From contig JAQGDQ010000102.1 in NCBI GenBank assembly GCA_030141605.1, positions 449,266 through 513,265 of the forward strand: a DNA stretch of 64,000 nucleotides, in the 5' to 3' direction. The DNA comes from Tubiluchus corallicola. Lineage: Eukaryota; Animalia; Priapulida. A program made the translations under genes and the position numbers. Positions 57,101 to 64,000 of the stretch are shown here, one piece after another. The notes beneath the pieces were generated by a model that made no database searches, was not told where the DNA came from, and worked only from the letters and a program-made list of their open reading frames with translations. Positions within the stretch are counted from its first letter, which is position 1. The number at the start of each line of letters is the position of its first letter.

Positions 57101-60100
57101 TTTTTATCCATGATTTTTGCATGAGATTCTTGTGAGTTGCTGCAGGCAGAGCCATCTAGTAAGAGAAAAGTAAAGGTTGAATGTCTGATATTTTCAGAAT
57201 ATGATGAGTGATCTGAATGTTGACGCGTCACGTCATGGAGACAGAGAGAGAATAGCCCAGCAGCAGCACGACTACAAAGCAGACATAGATAAACTGGAGA
57301 AAATACTCAGGTGAGTCTTGTGCCTTAATGCAAATACTCAGGTGAGTCTTCTGTCTTAATGCAAGTAGCCAGATGGGTATTATGCCTTAAAGCAAGCAGT
57401 CAGATGAGTCTTCTCCTTTAAAACAAGTACTCAGGTGAGTGTTATGCCATAAAGAGAAAGAAAGGGGAATGTTAAAGTATATCCCAATGAACTTTCCCTA
57501 AAAATCATAATTTAGCATTGCGCTTACCTGTTTGAAAGACTTATGATATTGGAAAAGCAGATTCATAACAATTGTTAATGTTTGCGCCACCTGGTAAATG
57601 TCACTGACTCACCTTCCCAGTGTGCACCACTCACTCACCAAGGAACATATTATTCATCTTATTGACAATATAAAGTAATTTAAACTTTTGTTTAGTTAGC
57701 AAAGAGTGCACTATGAATGCTCTGCATATTTTTTGAAACTTTATGCAGTATATTTAAACTTGTTTCAAATGACTTGTCATTAGAATGGCTGTCAGGGGCA
57801 GCTGTACAAAATTGTGAACCAAGTTGTGATCTGAAATAGAGATCTTGTGCATTTGCCTGTGCTATGTGATGTGTGAACTAGGTGCCACACCCACACACGC
57901 ACACGCACGCACGCACACACCGCACGCACACATTTATTGGCCACCGAAACCGTCCAGTAGTGGACATTCTAGGAACTTAAACTTAACTGAGATTCTGTTT
58001 TGCAGAGACTTGGAAGCTTCGGTTGAGGAACTGCGCAGTGACGTCATCAACCGACGCTGTCGAGTCAACATGAACGATGTCGAAGCAATGGCGGTAGCAT
58101 TAAGTCATGCTAGTAGGGCCGTCGCTGATTTGAAAGTGAGATTCCCAGTTCTCGAGGAAAGGTTAAAGGTCGTCATGGCTTCGGAGATGGAAACAGTAGT
58201 CCACGAAGAAAGGTTGGAATCTCTTTTGTCAGTTTTCTCGTAAATTTTGTTAAGTTCTCGTTGTTAGGCTGCTTAACTTGTAGAGATAACACGTATACAC
58301 ATCCGAACATGGCTCAGATACCTCTGCTGGTGCAGTGGCTCGTCTTACATGTATATCATTCATAATGAGCTGGGATGCTGTCGCTAGGGGTGAGCATCGA
58401 ACGTTTCATTTTGAACAAGGTTTTTTGGTTCGCATTTGATTTGAACTTAACGTCAAAGATTCTAATAATTTTGCATTTTAATTATATATGTTTTTTTTAT
58501 TAAAATGTGAGAAACAACTCACAAGTTTAGCTGCACTTTCTGTGCACAATTTTTAACCAAATTATTAGTCATTTTACTGCAGAACAAAATCAAGCAACAT
58601 GCATGATCTTTGTGAGGCCGCTTTTTATTAGTGATCGAAAATTTGCTAGAAAAACTTTAGTAGTAAATTCAAATTCAAATCAGATTCGAGGATGATGAAA
58701 TTCTGTTTGTTTCAAAATTGAAAGTCACAGATATTGATTCGGTTCGAACCTGCTCTTTGGTAGAGAATGCTCACCCTGACTGGTTACGACACAAATGTCT
58801 TTGAGTAGGCCCTGCTTTCGAATGCTTTCCGGCTTGTAGTATGCTGTTACTATGTTAGTGAAAAACTCATCACTTATATTCAAATTTTTATGGCAGTCAT
58901 TTGTGTTTTATTTCAAACCTTCGCATTGTTCCAAATTTTTCACATCTTCGCATTGTTTTAGATTTTTCACATCTTTGCATTGTTCCAAATTTTTCACATC
59001 TTCGCATTGTTTTAGATTTTTTAACATCTTCACATTGTTTCAGATTTTTCACATCTTCGCATTGTTTCAATTTTTTCACATCTTTGCATTGTTTTAGATT
59101 TTTCACATCTTCACATTGTTTCAGATTTTTCACATCTTTGCATTGTTCCAAATTTTTCACATCTTCGCATTGTTTTAGATTTTTTAACATCTTCACATTG
59201 TTTCAGATTTTTCACATCTTCGCATTGTTTCAATTTTTTCACATCTTTGCATTGTTTTAGATTTTTCACATCTTCACATTGTTTCAGATTTTTCACATCT
59301 TTGCATTGTTCCAAATTTTTCACATCTTCGCATTGTTTTAGATTTTTTAACATCTTCACATTGTTTCAGATTTTTCACATCTTCGCATTGTTTCAATTTT
59401 TTCACATCTTTGCATTGTTTCAATTTTTTCACATCTTCACATTGTTTTAGATTTTTCACATCTTCACATTGTTTCAGATCTTTTAACATCTTTGCATTGT
59501 TTCAGGTTTTCCACATCTTCACATTGTTTCAGGTTTTTTAACATCTTAGCATTGTTTCAGGTTTCTAAAAGAAGAACCAGACCGATTAGAAAATGCTCTG
59601 AAGCGCTGCAAACGGCTGACGGGTACTTTATTTACGCTTAAAAGGTAAGTGTCAAGCGTCGGATGTGAATTTAACAGAGGCAATGTAGCTTTTGTCAAAG
59701 TGTCGTTCAGTTGTTAAAAGTGCTGTTGCGACCACAATGCAACTGCCAGCATGAACGGTAAATATTATTAAATGTTTCTTAACTTTGTTACAGGCTGGCA
59801 TCTGTACAAGAGCAGAGAGCTGGCACGTCTAGTCAAGGTTCAGAAAATCGTATAGAATACCGACCTCCGAGCAGGCAGGTAGGTAACAAACAGAGTTTAT
59901 TTTATACAGCCATCCACTCTTCGTGATCCACATCAGTGGGGGTGGGCTAATAGCTGTGAGTTAAGTAGAACGTGGTTTGCACGATCATTTGTAATTGTAT
60001 GCCCATTGGGACATCACGTCCAGAAATCGGATGAAAATCAGATCTGTCATAAGTAGACTTATAGTGAATGTACGGTACATGTGGAAGGCACGGAGGCCAA

Positions 60101-61830
60101 GCGCGCACTCCACTTGAGTACTGATCCAGAGATTCTGGGTGCTAATCATGCTCGTGTTCCGGTTTTTGCAAACACCCTCTGCAATGAGGTAAAGAAAAAG
60201 TACAAAATGCAATGTTCATTTTTTTCGAGCGAGAAAAAAGTTGTCAAGTTTTTGGGCACAAAGTGGAACTAAAAATACAGACATTTTTGTTCTGGTTAAT
60301 GTTTAATGTTTATAAACATGTTAAAACTCGCATCTCTAGTGGAGACTGTTCAGACTAGTGAGTTTTCTCGCCAACTAGAGAGCAAAACTTGCTGCGAGTT
60401 ACTCCCCGACAGTAAGCATTAGCTCTAGGATAGGCTAATTTACTTGTATAGTGTTGAATTTCTGTAATAATAAATTTATCAACTAAACGTGACTTTGTTT
60501 TTTGTGTGAAGATGGCAGCACCGCAGAGGTAAAAATTTGGAGTTTATAAACGAAACAATTGCAATCTGATGGTTTTTGTTAAGCAAACAAACTCACAACA
60601 GGAAACTTCAAAGTAATGTGGTAATAAATACACTATATACAATCTCATCTAGTTTTTGCAACTAAATAACAGGTAAAAAGTAACAGTTACAATGTAAGTA
60701 GGCTCACACTAGACAGTAACTCGCAGAAAATCAACTAACAGCAACTGTCTTCTCGACAGTATCTCACAAAGCAGTTCAGACGTGTGAGTTTGCTGTTTGT
60801 GGGAAAATCGCAACAGAAAACTCTCTAGTGTGTACACGTCGTAACGCTGTGATACAATCACCGCAAATAAAAAGGTAATTTTCTCTTGTTGAACTTGTTG
60901 TGGCAATCTAATTAACAGCATCACGGTGTTTCTTTGCAGGAAGATAACAGGTGTGACACAAACTTAGAGCTGGCTCAGAAAGCTCTACGAGAATCTCAGT
61001 ACATGGTCAACACTGAACAGCGATTAGACAGAGCCATATCCAGCCTGTATGAGCGCACTAGTGATAATTCCAAAAGCAGAGCAGCGGCATCGCGACCACC
61101 CGAACCGAACGCCGACTCTTTCGGCACCGTCAAGCGAAACACCCAGGCACTTCGAAAAGAGCCAGAACCCATATCCAAGGTTCTTGTGACCATGGACTCT
61201 GGTCAGAAACTCTTGGCGCTAAATCAAGGAAAAGAGAAACTGGGCGAGGCACTCGGGAACGACAAGAGGAAGAATGTTCCGCCGCCCCCGCCTCGTCGTA
61301 GTCGCAGTCTCACGTCGCCGTTGTTGTCTCCCACGGGCATGTTGAGTCCAATTAAAGAAATGTCGCCAATCAGCGGTCCCCCAGGCGGATTCGGCGCTAT
61401 GTTGGACCCAGAATCACCGAGCGAGGGCATCAAGTCTTTGCTACGGCAAGGTCGCAGCCAGTCGGAACCAGAAAAAACTGACTATGACCCAGGCCGATTA
61501 CATGACATGATTAAAATTAACGCGGTCGGAGACGACAATGCCTACTCGCGGCAAACAAACTTATCCAGCGGGAACAGTTCCAGTTCAGAAAGTATTAATT
61601 CCCAGGACGGCACGCCCAGCAAGGAAAGCCCGACGCGGCAGTCTCGACAGGAGCTGTTGGCTCTCAAACACGAGGAGTTGCTACGGAAACAACAGCAGCT
61701 GCAGGAACAGTACTCGCGGTTGCAAAAAGAGCTGCAGAAGTCGACGCCTCCTGCGAAAGTAAACGGCGAACCTCTAAAGGTGAAAGCGTCGTCGAACGAG
61801 GTGAACATTTGTGAAACGGACATTTTGTAA
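24726..61830 (+). CDS. CG32809: Multi-exon gene (19 predicted coding exons, about 1063 aa): coiled-coil/AIP3-domain adaptor, CG32809 / SRCIN1 (p140Cap) / KIAA1217 (sickle tail) family
   Basis: Spliced exons give family motifs [170 protein letters not shown] and C-terminal ETDIL. All intron phases match and the exon lengths sum to 3192 nt, a multiple of 3. Family assignment is from memory; the 5' end is the least certain part. Confidence 0.9.
25089..25172. repeat. (AAT)n microsatellite
   Basis: Direct reading. Confidence 0.97.
25089..25370 (-). mobile_element. Decayed SINE with (ATT)n tail
   Basis: The minus strand reads gttcaattcctgatcaagtcataccaaagacttaaaaatggtac (B-box-like, then a SINE-like core) and runs into a long ATT microsatellite. 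Confidence 0.45.
27861..27986 (+). CDS. Exon 2 ([19 protein letters not shown]...PGRQ)
   Basis: Polypyrimidine tract plus ccag acceptor, CAG|gtgaaa donor, 126 nt, phase 0-0. KRDAFFDNL resembles the SRCIN1 KRDAFMDHL motif. Confidence 0.8.
29690..30168. repeat. Compound tetranucleotide microsatellite (ACTA/ACGA/ACCA/GCAA/ACTG/GCTG)
   Basis: Direct reading. Confidence 0.97.
31549..31711 (+). CDS. Exon 3 (ERPTT...[14 protein letters not shown]...KTLERPL)
   Basis: ttacag acceptor, G|gtaagt donor, conserved family motif. Confidence 0.92.
31912..32382. mobile_element. Tc1/mariner-pogo type MITE, young
   Basis: Perfect 27-bp TIR CCGTATTTTCCCGTGTATAAGAGACCC, TA on both sides, and internal repeats of TGTATAAGAGACCC. 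Confidence 0.92.
32853..33054 (+). CDS. Exon 4, AIP3 N-terminal domain ([13 protein letters not shown]...FFELDDIR)
   Basis: tttcag acceptor, AG|gtatgg donor, highly conserved family segment. Confidence 0.95.
34861..35354 (+). mobile_element. TTAA-flanked MITE family K2 (other copies at about 8385-8866, 30690-30970, 48320-48735, and inverted at 57455-57790)
   Basis: TTAA|AGG...CCCT|TTAA ends. Shared internal words (tgctgtcttattgcatac; cagtggtgcatactgggaaggtga; gacattttacca) recur at the other sites. Confidence 0.7.
38966..39271. mobile_element. PIF/Harbinger-like MITE (other copies at about 31166-31445 and 60340-60840)
   Basis: TIR of about 27 bp, TGGCGCATTCAGACTAGAGAGTTTTCT, flanked by TAA and TTA. 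Confidence 0.8.
39938..40254. mobile_element. hAT (Charlie-like) MITE, young
   Basis: TIR CAGTGGTTCCCAAA ... TTTGGGAACCACTG with a perfect 8-bp TSD TTCTAAAT. Confidence 0.93.
40381..40598 (+). CDS. Exon 5 ([12 protein letters not shown]...YFSEPEFD...)
   Basis: ttccag acceptor in phase 2, G|gtaagt donor, conserved DIKDR and YFSEPEFD motifs. Confidence 0.92.
41590..41650 (-). pseudogene. LINE reverse-transcriptase remnant
   Basis: The minus strand translates to [13 protein letters not shown], matching the non-LTR RT motif GVPQGSxLGPxLF. Confidence 0.5.
41812..41934 (+). CDS. Exon 6 ([22 protein letters not shown]...)
   Basis: tttatag acceptor, G|gtgagc donor, 123 nt, phase 1-1, PPKPAR motif. 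Confidence 0.85.
42096..42456. mobile_element. Decayed hAT-like MITE
   Basis: CAGGGCTGGATT ... AATCTGGCCTTG termini and a degenerate 8-bp TSD (atcagaat/ttcagcat). Confidence 0.55.
42946..43114 (+). CDS. Exon 7 (...[16 protein letters not shown])
   Basis: Tandem in-frame acceptors (exon start 42946 or 42952), AG|gtaaaa donor, conserved SGSATP..DEEAR motif. Confidence 0.9.
43347..44977. mobile_element. Decayed hAT-like MITE containing a 38-bp minisatellite
   Basis: Termini CATGGGCATCTG ... TGGATACCCTTG, with 8-bp flanks GATATAGC and GGTATAGC (1 mismatch). Confidence 0.6.
43370..44425. repeat. 38-bp minisatellite, about 27-28 copies (TCAGGCTTTCTCACCTAGAGYGAACTGGTCACTCCTGA)
   Basis: Direct tandem periodicity of 38 bp; the palindrome CCTGATCAGG spans each unit junction. 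Confidence 0.97.
45076..45625. mobile_element. TTAA-type MITE (Kolobok-like)
   Basis: ttaa|AGGAAAACCGGATAATGGTTTA ... TAAACAATCGTCTGGTCTTCCT|ttaa, an imperfect TIR of about 22 bp. Confidence 0.75.
46066..46310 (+). CDS. Exon 8 ([20 protein letters not shown]...)
   Basis: tttcag acceptor in phase 2, T|gtaagt donor, conserved short coiled coil. Confidence 0.88.
46564..47117. mobile_element. pogo/Tigger-like MITE with subterminal inverted repeats
   Basis: ta|CAGTCAAACTTC ... GAAGTTTGATCG|ta, plus an internal inverted pair aaaggacaagaaa...ctcagaaaatt / aattttctgag...tttcttgtccttt. Confidence 0.65.
47992..48069 (+). CDS. Mini-exon, 78 nt ([26 protein letters not shown])
   Basis: ttttgcag acceptor, AAAG|gtagat donor, open frame, phase 1-1. 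Confidence 0.7.
49232..49842 (-). mobile_element. TTAA-type MITE (Kolobok-like), family K1
   Basis: TTAA on both sides; both ends match the reverse complement of 65..686. Confidence 0.75.
49903..49935 (+). CDS. Microexon, 33 nt ([11 protein letters not shown])
   Basis: ttacag acceptor, AAAG|gtaagg donor, phase 1-1, GC-richer than its flanks. Confidence 0.65.
51160..51210 (+). CDS. Microexon, 51 nt ([17 protein letters not shown])
   Basis: TACTAAC branch point at 51142, ttttcag acceptor, AAAG|gtgtgt donor, phase 1-1, PxxPxKP motif. Confidence 0.7.
52818..52898 (+). CDS. Mini-exon, 81 nt ([27 protein letters not shown])
   Basis: TACTAAC at 52797, ctgtag acceptor, AAAG|gtacta donor, phase 1-1. 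Confidence 0.65.
53449..53475 (+). CDS. Microexon, 27 nt (DLKDNSTER)
   Basis: CT-rich tract plus TGC plus acacag acceptor, AGAG|gtatag donor, phase 1-1. Confidence 0.55.
54711..54901 (+). CDS. Exon 14, coiled coil (...[28 protein letters not shown]...)
   Basis: ttgcag acceptor, AAG|gtaaat donor, heptad pattern typical of the family. Confidence 0.9.
55040..55240 (+). mobile_element. 3' end remnant of a CR1/L2/Jockey-type LINE
   Basis: ctgtggaattctcca... reads LWNSP..(V)FPENYN, resembling the ORF2 C-terminal LWNSLP motif, followed by an A-rich tail. Confidence 0.4.
57198..57310 (+). CDS. Exon 15 (NMMSDLNV...[13 protein letters not shown])
   Basis: ttttcag acceptor in phase 0 and AG|gtgagt donor in phase 2, bridging exons 14 and 16. 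Confidence 0.88.
57301..57453. repeat. 31-bp degenerate tandem repeat, 5 copies, containing the exon-15 donor
   Basis: AAATACTCAGGTGAGTCTTGTGCCTTAATGC and four variants. Confidence 0.85.
58006..58212 (+). CDS. Exon 16 ([22 protein letters not shown]...[10 protein letters not shown])
   Basis: tttgcag acceptor, AG|gttgga donor, strongly conserved AIP3 coiled-coil segment. Confidence 0.93.
58385..58778. mobile_element. TTCGA-rich MITE family (related pieces at about 3200-3635, 4300-4540, 41140-41480, 54160-54548)
   Basis: Termini TAGGGGTGAGCAT ... ATGCTCACCCTG, internal ttcgaatcga words and a shared core across copies. Confidence 0.6.
58918..59566. repeat. 27-bp minisatellite, about 24 copies, with a 163-bp higher-order duplication
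   Basis: Unit CACATCTTCRCATTGTTTYAGATTTTT; the last unit is the exon-17 acceptor. Confidence 0.95.
59561..59644 (+). CDS. Exon 17 ([28 protein letters not shown])
   Basis: tttcag acceptor at the end of a minisatellite, AG|gtaagt donor, conserved motif. Confidence 0.93.
59794..59878 (+). CDS. Exon 18 (LASVQEQR...PPSRQ)
   Basis: ttacag acceptor, CAG|gtaggt donor, conserved RLASVQEQR motif. Confidence 0.9.
60940..61830 (+). CDS. Terminal exon: proline-rich motif [20 protein letters not shown], short coiled coil, C-terminal ETDIL
   Basis: tttgcag acceptor in phase 0, longest ORF in the window, stop TAA ending at 61830. Confidence 0.93.
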   Translation, partial: EDNRCDTNLELAQKALRESQYMVNTEQRLDRAISSLYERTSDNSKSRAAASRPPEPNADSFGTVKRNTQALRKEPEPISKVLVTMDSGQKLLALNQGKEKLGEALGNDKRKNVPPPPPRRSRSLTSPLLSPTGMLSPIKEMSPISGPPGGFGAMLDPESPSEGIKSLLRQGRSQSEPEKTDYDPGRLHDMIKINAVGDDNAYSRQTNLSSGNSSSSESINSQDGTPSKESPTRQSRQELLALKHEELLRKQQQLQEQYSRLQKELQKSTPPAKVNGEPLKVKASSNEVNICETDIL

Positions 61831-64000
61831 AACAAATTCACTATTTGTTTTGCACCTGTGTTGTGCGCAGTTGATAAATGCAGTGATCTGACTAATAACT
61901 TAAATGATTAAAAAAGATTTTTAACTGTCGCATTTCACATTTTGATGTTTTTTTACGTTATTGATTCTACGGTCTTTACAGAATTATAAACAGATTGTGA
62001 TGAACATGGACTAACAATAAATGTTTAGTTAGCATAACGATAATTTTACTTTATACTAGTGAGGTTACGTGGTAACAACTCCAGCCGTGTGACGTCTAGG
62101 TTGTCCCAGTGCATGTGAAGTCTCTAGTCATTTCAACTATGTTTTTATTTACGATGTGCAATAATATCGTAGTCTCGTTTTATATACGCGGTTGTACATT
62201 TTTCTACTTGATCAGTGAAGATGTCCCATATTGTGTGTTTGGATTAACATATTAGTTGTATTATCATTTTTGTTTAATGTTTCATGGGATCACGTTCAAT
62301 GCCCTAGCCAAACGTATAGCCGTTTTGTTGTTACTCGTCTGAGAGTACGGTCTTGTAGTTTTAGTTACTAACAAAGATATTAGATGGACTTTTTATGTTA
62401 TCATAGATAGACGAGTTATGTGTTGACTTTCATTAATCAAGTTTCCGGGGCATTGAAAGAACCACGTTATTGCCCCCAACGACCACGCATCAGATCAAAG
62501 TATTTTCCTAAGATTTTGCTGTACAGAACTTCCTTACTTTGTTTGTATTTTTAGTAATAATGTAAGAAACTACAAGTGGGTACAAGATTTTGCGCATTTA
62601 TCATAAGAGAGCAACTTAAACAAACTCTAGGATAGGTTAATTTACTTGTATAGTGTTGAATTTTAATAATAATAAATTTATCAACTAAACGTGAATTTGT
62701 TTCTTGTGTGAAGATGGCAGCACTGCAGAGATAAAAAATTAGATTAAATCAGATGACCAAAATGTTTGCAATCTGATTATTTTTATTAAGCAAACAAACT
62801 CACAACAGGAAACTTCACAAAGTAACATGGTAATAAATACACTATATACAATCTCAACTAGTTTTTGCAATTAAAAAACACGTGCAAAAAATAACAGTTA
62901 TAGCATAGGTAGACTCACACCAGGGTGCACCACTGTTCATTGCTGTAATTGGCCAACCAGTAAACCGAACACTGACCGTAAGGCCGCATGCTAAAAGTTG
63001 AACTATTAGGTAGTACACTGGCCTTAAGAATGCGCTGCATTCCACGATCACGTATGGAATGCTAGCAGCTTAACGACTCTAGTCACAGCTGCCTTACTTT
63101 ATTCAGTTCTAATAAATATTTATAAAGTTAGGTTTTTAAAAACTTAAAAATTACAATAAGTTACATTGGCATTTATTGACAATTTGATTATTGGTATAAA
63201 TGGTAACAAAATTCAACAATCCGACGGGCAAAGTTGAGCATGCACACGAGAATGTAACAGCAAATCTAAATCGCGAGAGCACATAACTGAAAAATTTGTA
63301 AAGCAAATGGAATTCTTTGTCTAATTTGTTAATTTTTATAATAGTTAAAATTAATAACAGCCACCTGTGTTATACTTAGACTAAGGGCTGAAGTTACATA
63401 CAGTATAACATCATTATAGCAAATCTGATAGAGACTCAGAAAAAAGTACTTTATTATAACCAAGATATTCTATAACCAATGTACTCTATAAACATATGTA
63501 CCTTATCTTATGTATATGATTACTACATGATCAAGCATGTATTAACAGTGACGGTGTATAATTGTAGTACAATATGTAGCTTCATAGAGGACGCAAGTAA
63601 TTTTATAAGATGCCTTCAAATATCAACCACTTTGGAGTGTATTCAAATCCAATGAAAAGTATTTTATGTGAGTTCAATGAATTAAAAATTATCGAATGTT
63701 CATATTAAATTGCACATACACGTTCAGTTACAAATTTGTCAGGGGTCACATGTTCAGTAAAGTCGGTGAGATCCAGAAAAGTCGGTTAATATTGTTTGCA
63801 GAAAATTTCTGTTTGTTACTTGTATAAAAAGTTTTTGCATCAAAGTAACTGTTAAGGTTCATCACTTGATGCAGTGCGTTACATTTCAGCAGTGCGTTAC
63901 AAGTGCACGTATGTAAACAGCTGGGTGCCAAACCACTGAATGACTCATTATCTTTATACAGCTAGTAGATAAATGACCTTTTGACAAGACATGCTGCCCG

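Noticed and set aside
58852-59489. Repetitive ORFs (KNLKQCEDV / SHCFRFFTS repeats)
   Set aside because: These are by-products of a 27-bp unit with frameshifting 28-bp variants; the conserved protein junction skips the array.
60996-61841. Antisense and alternate-frame ORFs over the last exon
   Set aside because: Shadows of the GC-richer coding exon with no independent signals.

Overview
AT-rich eukaryotic (invertebrate, probably arthropod) genomic DNA, not prokaryotic. The window holds one large intron-rich + strand gene. I assembled it by hand from 19 phase-compatible GT-AG exons (24726..61830; 3192 nt, about 1063 aa). It encodes an AIP3-domain coiled-coil adaptor of the Drosophila CG32809 / vertebrate SRCIN1 (p140Cap) / KIAA1217 family, recognised from remembered motifs rather than a database search. 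Introns and flanks carry many MITEs (TTAA-, TA-, TWA- and 8-bp-TSD types), decayed LINE/SINE pieces, two 38-bp minisatellites, a 27-bp minisatellite and microsatellites. Most short ORFs in the track are spurious. The most unusual signals concern splicing: (i) three splice sites of the gene are tandemly duplicated or amplified into their own introns, including about 24 copies of a 3' splice site; (ii) there is a run of five frame-preserving phase-1 mini/microexons; (iii) there is a possible alternative Cys-Cys N-terminus. I see no CRISPR array or new enzymatic system.
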